Positions 52,181 to 64,000 of a DNA stretch of 64,000 bases are shown here, piece after piece. This stretch comes from Octopus sinensis. Its lineage: Eukaryota. The stretch's first letter is position 1; every line of letters begins with the position of its first letter. The DNA lies in NCBI RefSeq assembly GCF_006345805.1, contig NC_043001.1:113274001-113338000 (forward strand), in the 5' to 3' direction. The notes under the pieces were generated by a model. It searched no databases. It was not told the DNA's origin and saw nothing but the letters and a program-made list of their open reading frames with translations. The position numbers and the translations under genes were made by a program.

Positions 52181-52244
52181 TGAAGCCTTCATCAGGTGTC
52201 TTGCGGAAATTTAAAACCTGGGTTCTCATTCCTAAGTTATTTTA

Positions 52245-53678
52245 CGATGTTGTTGTTATTATTATTATCATTCAGTAGTTTTATTTTTATAGCGTGCTTT
52301 CACTTCACTACCGAGCGCAGCCCTGTGTGCCTTGGGTATGTGCTGTGATTTGTTGTGATGCTCTGATGGTTATTGTATGGAAAGTGTTCTGCGTAGGATG
52401 TGTGCAGTGCCTAGTAGTGCAATTTTCTGTATGTTATATGTGTTTGTAAGTCCTGGTGTTTTTGTTATGTATTTGTCTGAATATTTTTTTTATCATGCCT
52501 AATGCACCTACTATGATAGGAATTATTTCTGTTTTTAGATTCCACATTCTGGTTACCTCTATTTTCAGGTCTTTGTATTTTGAAAGTTTCTCCATTTCTT
52601 TTAGAGACACGTTGTCATCTGCCGGTATTGATACATCAATTAGAAAGCATTTTTTTCCTTCATGATCTCTGACAACTATATCTGGTCTGTTGGCCTTAAT
52701 TTCTCTATCTGTGTGTATCGGCATATCCCAGAGTATGGTTGCTTTCGCGTTTTCTGTGACCTTTTCTGGTGTGTGCCTATACCATCTTTTTTCTGTTGTT
52801 ATTCCATAATGTTGGCATAGCTTCCAGTGTATGTAGGTTCCAACTCTGTCATGTCTGTGAATATATTCCTTCTTAGCTAGGACTGGGCAGCCAGAGATAA
52901 TATGATTTATTGTTTCTTGTCCATCTCCACATATTCTGCAGTTACTTGTTATATTTCTTTTCATTACATGTTTTTGGTAATTTCTGGTGGGGAGGCTTTG
53001 GTCTTGTGCTGCAATTAAAAATCCCTCTGTCTCTGCTTTGAGTCCTGAGCTTCTCAACCATTGCTGGGATTTTTCTTTGTCTATTTCTTTCGCGTTTAGT
53101 TTAGTCCAGTATTTACCATGAAGGGGCTTTTCTTGCCATCGTTTTATCATGGTTCGTTGCTGTTCTGTTTTTAGTTTGGATTTCATTTGTTTTATAGCAT
53201 TTGTTGTTTCTTCATTTTCTTCTTCTTCTTCATATTTATTAGGTGGTATGATTTCTTGTTTGTATTTGTCAGTTTCCTTAAATACTGAGAACAGTTTTTT
53301 GTTTTGCTCGTGTTTTGCCGCCATTTGTATCAGTTTTCCTTCCTTCTGAAGTAGATATTTTTGCAGTCCTATGGTGGTTATTTTATAGTAGTTTTCCAGC
53401 TGTATAAGGCCTCTACCACCTTCTATACGTAGTATATATAGTCTTTCTATGTCAGATTTTGGGTGATGCATCCTAGACCCTGTCATTATTTTTCTTGTTT
53501 TCCTATCTATTTTGGTCAGTTCATTTAGTGTCCAGTTAAGGATATTGTAGCTGTAACTTATAACTGGGACAGCTAAAGTGTTAATACCTATTATCTTGTT
53601 TTTAGCATTGAGCTCTGTTTTTAGTATTGATCTAACTCGTCTATAATATTCTTTTTTTATTTTCTCTTTCATTTTCTC
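52245..53678 (-). mobile_element. 5'-truncated R4/Dong-type non-LTR retrotransposon
   Basis: Post-RT region, CCHC knuckle, RLE endonuclease and 3' UTR; (TAA)n at both junctions. Confidence 0.9.
52434..53672 (-). CDS. C-terminal 412 aa of an RLE-type non-LTR ORF (no RT core)
   Basis: GGRGL motif; CRICGDGQETINHIISGC; RHD; NRPDIVVRD...IDVSIP...EKLSKY (PD-D/ExK); a +1 frameshift in the A8 run (52484-52491) hides the end IQKIALLGTAHILRRTLSIQ* (stop 52370-52372). Confidence 0.9.
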   Translation of the reverse strand: MKEKIKKEYYRRVRSILKTELNAKNKIIGINTLAVPVISYSYNILNWTLNELTKIDRKTRKIMTGSRMHHPKSDIERLYILRIEGGRGLIQLENYYKITTIGLQKYLLQKEGKLIQMAAKHEQNKKLFSVFKETDKYKQEIIPPNKYEEEEENEETTNAIKQMKSKLKTEQQRTMIKRWQEKPLHGKYWTKLNAKEIDKEKSQQWLRSSGLKAETEGFLIAAQDQSLPTRNYQKHVMKRNITSNCRICGDGQETINHIISGCPVLAKKEYIHRHDRVGTYIHWKLCQHYGITTEKRWYRHTPEKVTENAKATILWDMPIHTDREIKANRPDIVVRDHEGKKCFLIDVSIPADDNVSLKEMEKLSKYKDLKIEVTRMWNLKTEIIPIIVGALGMIKKIFRQIHNKNTRTYKHI

Positions 53679-53702
53679 TTATTATTATTATTATTATTAT
53701 TA

Positions 53703-53738
<36 letters not shown>

Positions 53739-53742
53739 GTAA
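53679..53742. repeat. (TAT)n tract at the 5' junction of the R4/Dong copy
   Basis: Direct reading. Confidence 0.95.
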
Positions 53743-54278
53743 ATAATGTAAAAAATGTACCCCAACATATCTACAGTACAATGACTGAAAGAAGTAAAAC
53801 ATAAAAGCGAAACTTGCGCCCCCCCACACACACACGCACACGCACATACACAGACGCACACAAAGACACGCACACATGCACACATGGGTTAGTTCAATTA
53901 CTATATTAAAATGGTGTATTGAATTAGTGAAGTTAGGAAGCCCACACCTTATATCATCCGACTATAAACTTATGGATTAGATTCCTGAACGGAACGGTGC
54001 TTCGTCTCCTTGAGCAAGGCACTTCATTTCCTCGTTGTTCTAGTCTGCTTAGCATTAAAAGAGTAACAACGTAGTGTTAGCAAAGCACATTTCTTCTTCC
54101 AGCTGTCATATCCTCGATGTTTCTGTGGGTCAAGGGAAAGACGGCTAAGATGACTGACTATGTTCTTTCGCGATTACATAATCACCAATAGTAATTAATA
54201 AAGCATAATTAATGCTAGATGATATCAGATGATACCCATTTACTAATTGGCGATGAAATTAATAATATACAAGATTTG

Positions 54279-54503
54279 TGGCGGCGAGCTGACAGAATCG
54301 TTAGCACGCTGGGTAAAAAGCCTTAGCGGCATTTCGTCCGTCTTCAAGCCCCGAGTTCAAATTCCTCTGAGGTCGATTTACTTTTTCATTCTTTCGGGAT
54401 CAATAAAATAAGTACCAGCTAAATACTGGTGTCGATGTAATCAACTTACCCTCTTACCCACTTACCCGAAATTCCAGGCCTTGTGCCAAAATTTGATGCC
54501 AAT
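54279..54503 (+). mobile_element. SINE family D
   Basis: GGCGGCGAGCTGACAGAATCGTTAGC head, central domain, GGCCTTGTGCCAAAATTTG tail. Confidence 0.85.
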
Positions 54504-55031
54504 AATCTACAGAATTTCATCAGATACAAGTATAACAGAAAGAAGGAACAAGTCCCATTCAAACGTTTCAAAATCGTTAGAAATAACAACCACGGAATAC
54601 GAAACCGTGATCAATAATTCATTCTCTATTGTTTCGTCGCTGTCCATTTAGTCATTCATATTCAGTTATTCAATGTTGTCCACTAAACAATTCACCATTT
54701 CCCCAGTAACAATTTCATAAAGCTAACATTGTATTCGCCATGCCTTGAAGACTAGTTAAAGTCTGAAGGATTTACACTGATAGTAAGATTCTATAGAGAA
54801 TGTTAAGGTTATTTTCTATGTTTTAGATTATATAATCCCATTTAATATTCTTCTCCATGAAATGGCTTCTGGGAACAGTTTGAATATTAACAACTGTGAA
54901 CTGTCACTTACTACCATATTTGCCGGCTTATGCATATTTATGTGTTTCGTTCGGGCGTATTTGTATACACGTTCAGTGCTTATGTACATGAATGGGTTTT
55001 TATATCCAGTTCATATATCTGGCGGTGTTAA

Positions 55032-55585
55032 TGTACGTACGTATGTATGTATGTATGTATGTATGTATGTATGTATGTATGTATGTATGTATGTATGTAT
55101 GTATGTATGTATGTATGTGTGTATGTATGTGTGTATGTATGCATGTATGTATGTATGTATGTGTGTATGTATGCATGTATGTATGCATGTATGTATGTAT
55201 GTATGTGTGTATGTATGCATGTATGTATGTATGTATGTGTGTATGTATGCATGTATGTATGTATGTATGCATGTATGTATGTATGTATGTATGTATGTAT
55301 GTGTGTATGTATGCATGTATGTATGTATGTATGTATGTATGTATGTATGTGTGTATGTATGCATGTATGTATGTATGTATGTATGTATGTATGTATGTAT
55401 GTATGTATGTATGTATGTATGTATGTATGTATGTATGTATGTATGTATGTATGTGTGTATGTGTGTATGTGTGTATATATGTGTGTATGTATGTATATGT
55501 GTGTATGTATAAGTATGTGTGTATGAATACGTGCATAAATGCAAGGAGGTAGGTGTACGCATGTCTATGTGTGTGTTTGTGTGTG

Positions 55586-55628
<43 letters not shown>

Positions 55629-55677
55629 GTGCATATATATGTATATATATATAGACATATATATGTATATATATGTG

Positions 55678-55719
<42 letters not shown>

Positions 55720-55800
55720 CATATACACACACACAACCATATATATGTATATACATATAAACGCACACTCATATATGTATGCACATATATGTGTATTTTT
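55032..55800. repeat. Long (GTAT)n/(GCAT) tract plus CA/TA tracts
   Basis: Direct reading; source of the 216-292 aa MYVC/HTYI ORFs. Confidence 0.95.
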
Positions 55801-56134
55801 GAATGTAGTATACTTGGAAATGTCTGCTTTCACGTATGACAACTGTGCAGAAGTGACATTGGCCAGAATCTGTCTCAATTCCCGCGAAAAGTGCAGAAAT
55901 ATGATTACGTACGACCTGTTCTCACTCTCCTTGAATGTTTGTACCGTGCTTTCGCTAATATTTATAGATGCCTATGGACTCACGAACAGATAAAGGCACT
56001 GTCTGTCTGTCTCTGTCTGTCTGTCTCTGTCTGTCTCTCTCTGTCTGTTTCTCTCCCCCCCTCTCTCTCAAACTAGAGGAGAATGAATAACAAAAACTGT
56101 TGGAGGCCGAAAGGATTGCTCCAGTTCCCATTTA

Positions 56135-57329
56135 CGAGGTGGTTTCAAAAAGTTCCCGGACTAGTTCTGCAGCGCACCAGCGTATGGTAGCATACGATAG
56201 ACCTTCATGAAGCAGTGTGCCGAGTGACATCACTGTGTTAATGTCGTAAGTTGTGAAATTTGTGTAAAACCGGTGAGATGGCAGAAAGGTTAGCACGCCG
56301 GGCGAAATGCTTAGCGGTATTTCGTCTGCCGAAAGGCGGTGAGCTGGCAGAAACGTTAGCACGCCGGGCGAAATACTTAGCTGTATTTCGTCTGCCGTTG
56401 CGTTCTGAGTTCAAATTCCGCCGAGGTCGACTTTGCCTTTCATCCTTTCGGGGTCGATTAAATAAGTACCAGTTACGCACTGGGGTCGACATAATCGACT
56501 TAATCTGTTTGTCTGTCCTTGTTTGTCCCCTCTATGTGTAGCTCCTTGTGTGCAGTAAAGAAATATGTGAAATTTGTGTTTTTGTGATCAAGTGCATGCT
56601 GTAGTCTGTGATTTTATCATGGATAGGAACAAAGAGCCAACGTGAAATGTTGCGTTAAGCTTGGGAAGTCTGTTACAGAGACACTGAGCTTATGATGACA
56701 AGTCAATGGGTCGGCCGCAATGCTTCGAGTGACACGGGTGCTTCAAAAGCAGAAGAACGTCCCTGGAAGACGATGAGCGATCTGGAAGAGCTGCCATGAG
56801 CGTCACCCCTGGAAATGTGGTACTGTGCATCGAGAATTTGCTACTCAGGACTCAGATCGACAATCGAGAGTTCTACTGCGACGTTTTGAAGCATTTGAGG
56901 TAGAACATTCGGCGAAAGCAACCGGATCTGAGGCGCGCAAAGAATTGGATACTTCACGACGACAATGCACCCCGTGAGCTCTCCTTACTCGAGAGTTTCT
57001 CGCCAAAATCAACATGGTATTGCTTCTACATCTGCCCTATTCACCAGATTTCGCACCTGCGAACTTTCATCTCTTCCTCAAGAGGAAAATGCAGTTCAAA
57101 GGTCGTCGTTTGGACACTGTCATCGAGATCAGGAGCGAATCGCAGAAGGTCCTCGACTCGATTTTGGAAAACAACTTCTAGGCCGGATTCTAAAAGTGGC
57201 AGGAATTCTAGGACCAGTGTATTACTGCGTCAGGTGACTAATACGAAGTAGATGATGTTAAAACTTAGGTAAAGAAGTCATTTTTTTAATTAAACATAAT
57301 TAGGCTGGGAACCTTTTGATGCCACTTCG
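56135..57329 (+). mobile_element. Decayed, internally deleted mariner (irritans-like), both TIRs present
   Basis: TA|CGAGGTGGTTTCAAAAAGTTCCCGG ... GGCTGGGAACCTTTTGATGCCACTTCG|TA; WILHDDNAP and LPYSPDFAP motifs. Confidence 0.88.
56266..56565 (+). mobile_element. SINE D2 with duplicated head, nested in the mariner
   Basis: 14-bp TSD TGTGAAATTTGTGT at 56252-56265 and 56566-56579 brackets two tandem heads. Confidence 0.9.
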
Positions 57330-57730
57330 TACAGTCGAGTAAAGATTGTGAAGATCTTTGCTCGAAGACATACAAAACTGTTAGGTCCAGGAATTGCATT
57401 TACAACCTTATGATCATAAACTGGCCTCTCTAATCACTGAGCCATGCACCGTCAGAGAAGACACAGATTATTATAATCTATTATGCAAGTGATCTACACC
57501 TTCAGATTGCACTCTAAAGGGAACATCGTTGAAGAAAAGCTTGGTGATAGAAAATATCTAAAGTGATACTCCTCAAGTGAAAAACTTATTGAGAAGGAAG
57601 TTTAACGGAAGCCTGTCAGATATTTGAGCATGTGAGCGCGCGCGTATGTATATGTGAGTGTGTCTGTGTACGTGTGTCTGTGTGTGTATGTGTGTTTACG
57701 CTACGAAATCACCCCCACTAATCATATATA

Positions 57731-58000
57731 CGTGGTCGGATCAAGAAGTATCCGGACAGTTGCCATAGTAACGAAGCTAAGCACGCAGCGTAAAGCCGCT
57801 TGGTATAGATTGACCTTGAACTCTGTTGTTCATGTGCACTAAAGTGTAACGTCCTAGCTCACTTCCGCTGTTTACAGCAGTGCTTAGAAGGAAGGTGTGT
57901 AGTGTGTGATCGTCGCATTGACAAAGTTGAGCAGAGAATCTACATCAAATTTTGCCAAAAGTTTGGCGATACCTGCTCAGGGGCCTACGCAATGTTTTCA
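57731..58000 (+). pseudogene. Mariner 5' fragment
   Basis: TA|CGTGGTCGGATCAAGAAGTATCCGGAC TIR-like start; EQRIYIKFCQKFGDTCSGAYAM HTH remnant. Confidence 0.72.
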
Positions 58001-58262
58001 AAAAGTTTTCATTTTTCAAATTTGGACAAATGCATTTTTTCAATATTCATTTTTGCTTACAATAGCCGGTTCTTTTGCTCAGACTATCGTATCTCCAGCT
58101 GGTTCAGATGCCAAGATACCAACATTTGTCAAAGTGTAGTACAATAGTTTTCTATTTTTTCGTTTTCTGAAAAAGCAAGGTTCTGGACTTACGATACTTT
58201 TGCATAGCAGCAACGATATATATATATATATAATTCTATAATTATGATTATGAGAATTATAT

Positions 58263-58865
58263 TATCAATAATAATGAAGGGTAAAATTAATTAATTAATT
58301 AATTAATAATTAATAATTTTACCAAGTAGTTCGGTATGTTAAAAGAAACATTATCGGTAAACTTATACAAAATTCTATAATTATGAATATAATTATAATT
58401 AGGGTTCAGCAAAAAATTTGCTTCACCACATACCGAAATTTAGAAATAGCAGTTAAAACTAACAATTTCACTACCATAAGAAAATCTCCCAGACAGTAAT
58501 ACTCAACAACCCACGTAGGTAAAGAGGAAAAAAAATAACGAATCCACCCGGGTTTGATTAACTGTATACGCGTTTCGGATTTAGAGAGATGTGAAAAATG
58601 TAAAATCATATTTCTACTCTCTCATTCTCCTCTTCAGTACAGTAATTCAAGATTCTAAATTTGAGAGCACTGTAAGAATTATGATAGTGAAATAGTTTTA
58701 ACTGCTATTTCTAAATTCCGGTATGTGGTGAAGCAAATTTTTGCTGAACCCTCATTATAATTATAGAATTTTGTATAAGTTTACCGATAATGGTTCTTTT
58801 AACATACCGAACTACATGGTAAAATTATTAATTATTAATTAATTAATTTTACCTTTTATTATTAT

Positions 58866-58870
<5 letters not shown>
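58263..58870. mobile_element. Fold-back Penelope-like repeat, about 200-bp arms
   Basis: 58263-58479 is inverted at 58679-58870; (TA)n on both sides. Confidence 0.88.
58561..58643 (-). ncRNA. Type I hammerhead ribozyme motif with long stem II
   Basis: ACTGTA-CTGAAGA-GGA.GAAT.GAGAGA(28 nt)TCTCTC.TAAA.TCC-GAA-ACGCGT-A-TACAGT; canonical core, GUA triplet, 6-bp stem I. Confidence 0.82.
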
Positions 58871-58926
<56 letters not shown>

Positions 58927-59115
58927 TGTATGTATGTATGTATGTATGCATGTATGTATGTATGTATGTATGTATGTATGTATGTATGTATATATGTATG
59001 TATGTGTGTATGTATATATGTACACATAATTACTTATAGGATTTGTTTATCAATAAAAAACGCGTCTGAAACAGCTGTGGTGAACTATAGCCTATTTATG
59101 ACGTTACCTCCCCAC

Positions 59116-59181
<66 letters not shown>

Positions 59182-59200
59182 ATATATATATATGTATATA

Positions 59201-59241
<41 letters not shown>

Positions 59242-59655
59242 GCATACACACACATACGCACGTACACACATATATATATACATACATACGAAAATACACA
59301 CATATACATGCATACATAAATGCATACATATAAACATTCATATATATATATATATATATATAAAACATACATCCAGTGCAGATTCCATTACATACACAAT
59401 GATATTAACGCTAGTAGCACTTGATGATTTATTTTAGCTCTTTTTTTCTTCTACAGATATTTTACGTATCATATTTTTCTTTTCGCGTTGTACTTTAGCC
59501 GTAATGGCGGTTAATTAATGTATTCTTGGAGATGAAATTGTCCAAAGGGTAGCATCAGATCTAAAGAGGAAACGGATGCAACTCCTCCGTTCACTGATTT
59601 TGCGATAAGCAGTACAGTTTAAAACAAATTAACCCCCCGAAACACACGCATACAT

Positions 59656-59695
<40 letters not shown>

Positions 59696-60129
59696 ACGCT
59701 GTGTGTATGTATGCTTGTATGTATGCATATGTGTATGTATATATATGTATATATGTTTGTTTGTATGTGTGTGCGTGTTACACATACACAAACACATATC
59801 CATACAGACACAAGCATATATGTAACTGTGTGTGCGCTCACACTCACACACTCTCACACACACATATACGTCTATAGAAATGAATGAAGACACTTACATG
59901 TATTCATGCATGAGTTCAAATAAGTGTATGTACTGTGTGTGCACATCTATCTGCGTGCGTATGTATGCGTGTATGTGCGCACCTATGCATGCATGTATGT
60001 ATGTATTTATGTACGTACGTATGTATGCATGTAAGCATATATATGTAACCAGAATATGGCGAGGGGCTTTTTATACACCTGTCTTCAACTTTTGTGTTTC
60101 TCTGTAAATTTCAACTATATTTAATATAA

Positions 60130-60287
60130 CATGCTATACTATACTATACTATGATATAATATACTATAATATAATATAATATACTATAATATAATATAAT
60201 ATACTATAATATAATATAATATAATATAATATAATATACTATAATATAATATAATATATATATATATACATATATAATATACATATA

Positions 60288-60321
<34 letters not shown>

Positions 60322-60700
60322 CATATATATATATACATACATATATATATATACATACATATATATATATATATACACACACATATAGATATATACGTGT
60401 TTATATATATATATATTTATGCATATATATATACATACATATACACACACACGCACATATACGTACATGCATACATGCAATCATACACACATTCATACAT
60501 ACGTATGGCCGTACGTAAGTACATACATGCATGAATGCATACATACATACATACATTCATGCATGCTTACATACATACATACATACATAATACATACATA
60601 CATACATACATACATACATACATTCATGCTTACATACATATATACATACATGCATGCATACATACATGCATACATACATACGTAGAAGTAGTAAAATACA
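60130..60700. repeat. (TATAA)n, (TA)n, (CATA)n tracts
   Basis: Direct reading. Confidence 0.95.
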
Positions 60701-60719
60701 TTCTTTTCTTCCGAGGTAA

Positions 60720-60897
60720 GAGTTAATTCGATTACATCGATCTCAGTGCTCATCTAGTACTTTCTCTTTATCGGTTTTGAAAAGTCCCAATGGCGAAGTC
60801 GACCTAGGAAGATTTTGATCTTAGAACGAAGACAGACAAAATACTGCTAAGCATGCTGTTTGGAATGCTAAAGGTTCTCTCAGCTGGTCGCCTTATT
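60720..60897 (-). mobile_element. SINE family D, diverged
   Basis: CGATTACATCGATCTCAGTGCTC...AAAGTCGACC-like...CTGCTAAGCAT...GGTCGCCTTA. Confidence 0.72.
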
Positions 60898-61155
60898 AGT
60901 TGGAAAGTATATTGAAAGTGTATAGCTCGAATAATATCTACCGAAGAACTCAATACAGTGGATGTAGTGAGTAAATATGTTTATTATATCATGAAGTTGG
61001 CATTCCACTCAGTGTTTTATCCTGGTCTGGGTTCTTCACGTACATGGGCATCAAATTATGATAACGTATTTTCTAAATTCTATGTTTTAAATATGTTATT
61101 ACTACCCTCCCCCATTGGAAATATAAACTGTGATTTCATGCTCGATACTTATCTC

Positions 61156-61430
61156 CGCAGTAAACGGTCACAGCTCCGGTATTATAGACATGTGAGGATG
61201 TCGTAAGTAAGAACCACAAAACGGATTCTTTGAGCCAAGCCAGCTGGCAGGAGATCTAGGGATAGACCAAAAAATAGATGGTTGGATGATATCTATAATC
61301 TCAGTTGATCACGCTTGGGAATCCAGCTGGAAAGCTTGATGACGGTTGCTTCTGATAAAACCCTAAAGAGGGGGCAACTGAGGACTCTACTTCCATGACC
61401 CTCCCAGGAATAGTAGACGGAGAAGGTGGA
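61156..61430 (+). pseudogene. RTE-type LINE 3' end relic
   Basis: RSKRSQLRYYRHV then ...RSRG-RPKNRWLDDI, typical of the RTE C-terminus. Confidence 0.65.
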
Positions 61431-61689
61431 TGGGTGAATGTTATTGGAAGTGCCATTGAGCAAGGTAAATAAATAAATCAGCTAAGACAGCGATCAGCTT
61501 TCAACTCCCACTCAAAGCCTTTTTACTTTATTTATATCTCTAAAGCAGTGCCTATAAAACAGACAAATGCTAGAACTATTCCCTACTAGAATATTATGGA
61601 AAATTAGGTTACGTACTCTTTTTATTAATGAGAAGACGAAGGAGAATTTGTATCTTTATAATTTTTTTTCAGCGTCAGAGTTTCAAACC

Positions 61690-61903
61690 ATCTTAATTCT
61701 ATTGATTTCAAATGTTAGTACAAGGCCAGCAATTTCGGTGGGTGGAAATAAGCCGATAACATCGATCCCAGCACTCAACTGGCACCTATTTTATCGACCC
61801 TGAAAGTCAATCTCGGCGGAAATCGAACTCAGAACGTAAAGACGAACGAAATGCTACAAAGCATCTTGCCCGGCGTACCAACGATTCTGTCAGCTCACCG
61901 CCT
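61690..61903 (-). mobile_element. SINE family D
   Basis: Tail, central domain and head recognisable. Confidence 0.82.
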
Positions 61904-62369
61904 GTCTCGCAAACAACCATCTCATCATCGCTGTCTTGCAAACAACTTGCACATGCAAGTGCTACCAGTCAAGAACTCCGCATACCGGAAGCCAGCAAGT
62001 GTATGGGGTCGTCAGGAGAGAATGCACGCCTTTTCGGGGCCTACTTCTCGACGGCATCAATGCGCACCGGCGCCCCCTCGCTGATATGATCAACTGATTA
62101 TCAAATAAAACTCACTATTTCTTTAGCCATTGCTCATCGTCTCTTTTTAACCAAATCCAGTGGTTAGCCTTCTCCACTGTAGTTTGGATATCGGTCATGG
62201 TGGTTTTGACTTTACGATGAGTTAAAAACTAAATATAGTAAGTTGTCTTTTCCCTTTTTCAATCTCCCAAGGGTACCCTATGGCAAGCGCTGCACTAATG
62301 TGTTTAGAAAAACCATAAACATTAAAGCCATGCACACACTTTTACCCGTCATATATATAGGTTACTTTT

Positions 62370-62943
62370 AGGTGGCGAGCTGGCAGAATCATTAGCATGC
62401 TGGGTAAAATGCTTAGCGGTCAAATTCCGTCGAGGCCGATTTTGCCTTTCATCCTTTCGGGGTCGATAAATTAAGTACCAGTTGAGTAATGGAGTCGATG
62501 TAATCGATCTACTTCCTCCCTCGAAATCTCAGGGCTTGTGCCTACAGTGGAAAAGAATATATAAGCTACTTTATTCCGCCGAGGCCGACTTAGACTTTCA
62601 GCTTTTAGGATCGATAAGAAAATGTACCAGTTGAACACTGAATTCTATGTCATCGACTTATCCCCTTCCCCGTTTTTGCTGGCCTTGTGCCAGAATTTGA
62701 AACCAATATATATATTTCTTTACTACCCACAAGGGGCTAAACATAGAGGGGACAAACAAAGACAGACAAAGGGATTAAGTCGATTACATCGACCCCAGTG
62801 CGAAACTGGTACTTAATTTATCGACCCCGAAAGGATGAAAGGCAAAGTCGACCTCGGTGGAATTTGAACTCAGAATGTAACGACAGATGAAATACGGCTA
62901 CGCATTTCGCCCGGCGTGCTAACGTTTCTGCCAGCTCGCCGCC
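62370..62943. mobile_element. Two + SINE D copies followed tail-to-tail by a full - D2 copy (62713-62943)
   Basis: Heads at 62370 (+) and 62943 (-); three central domains. Confidence 0.85.
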
Positions 62944-63213
62944 CCTTTGAAATAGGTTACTTTGTCTTGTTATAAAAAATTTGCTCCAATATATGTCACT
63001 TATAAAATTTCACCTCGGGGTCATTTTTAGTCAATTACTGAAGTTTTCAGGTATTTTGACTTTATGAAGAAAGTGATCTCCAAGAGCAGCTTATGTGTGT
63101 CAACAGAAAGAAAATAGAAAAAAAACCCCCAAAACATGACAATATTATCTCTGACTATGGTTTTTTAGCTCAATTTTCCTTTATGGGAATTTCACACGAA
63201 TAATAATAATAAC

Positions 63214-63248
<35 letters not shown>

Positions 63249-63342
63249 TAATAATAATAATAGTGACAACAACAATAATAATAATGATTTCATTCATTGG
63301 CCACGAGGGTAATAATCATATATATTCTCTCTCTCTCTCTCT

Positions 63343-63401
<59 letters not shown>

Positions 63402-64000
63402 ATCATTAAAACTAAGAAACAGTATCCTCCGGTCATCACTTACGACTAGCTTTCTGCCACCCACGGGAAAATACACTCAATGAACCGGTTTCATCAGACT
63501 CGCCGCCCTCGCTCACTCTTGTCTCGCTCACTCTAAATTATTTTGCACGCTTATTTCTGTTCATAACACAATTCATCTGAAACTATCTCACCATCACTTC
63601 AAATACTCCACCCAGTCCCCTCCGTTCATGAGTTTCTCTTCTCGAATTGTTAACCAGACACTATTTAATTGAAACATCAACTGTATTAACCGCCCACACC
63701 ATCACGAATAAACTGCCTGCGTAAACGCATAAAGAGGTGGAGATAATCGTGAGTGTATAGTAAGTAAGTTAGATGGACCTCGGTCGGTTTCATCGATGAA
63801 GATTTCGTTGTTGCGTTCAATTAAACTCCACTCTCACTGAATGAGTATCTAAGGAGTTGCGTACTTCACAAAGATGAGCACCGTAAACATAATCCTCACG
63901 TAGAATAAGTGTTAATCAGTGTGACAAGATTAGAGGTCGTTAAGTTAGAGGTGCAATCCATCTGATAGGCTTGAGCACAGTTTCTTCTCCCCAATATCAT

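Noticed and set aside
63435-63505. - strand CTGATGA...GAAAGCTA pattern
   Set aside because: No stem II pairing and a mismatched stem I; likely chance.

Overview
AT-rich, microsatellite-dense eukaryotic DNA. I recognise the repeat families as coleoid cephalopod, most likely Octopus; this is recall, not a database check. No intact host gene is visible. There are only weak candidate exons: + strand near 39.9-41.3 kb, and - strand near 11.6 and 21.9 kb. Almost all ORFs in the supplied track are microsatellite translations. Mobile DNA dominates: four modular tRNA-derived SINE families (about 40 copies or fragments, several with TSDs), a young 5'-truncated R4/Dong-type non-LTR element in (TAA)n (52.2-53.7 kb), a decayed RTE-type LINE (43.3-46.0 kb), five mariner relics, and Merlin-like and hAT-like MITEs. 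The most notable signal is a set of at least six different type I hammerhead-ribozyme motifs in ORF-less, Penelope-like terminal repeats. Most sit in head-to-head fold-back structures next to (TA)n tracts. They include one 335-bp element with identical hammerheads on both strands and one motif with a G3-C8 swapped core. All folds were paired by eye; none is experimentally tested.
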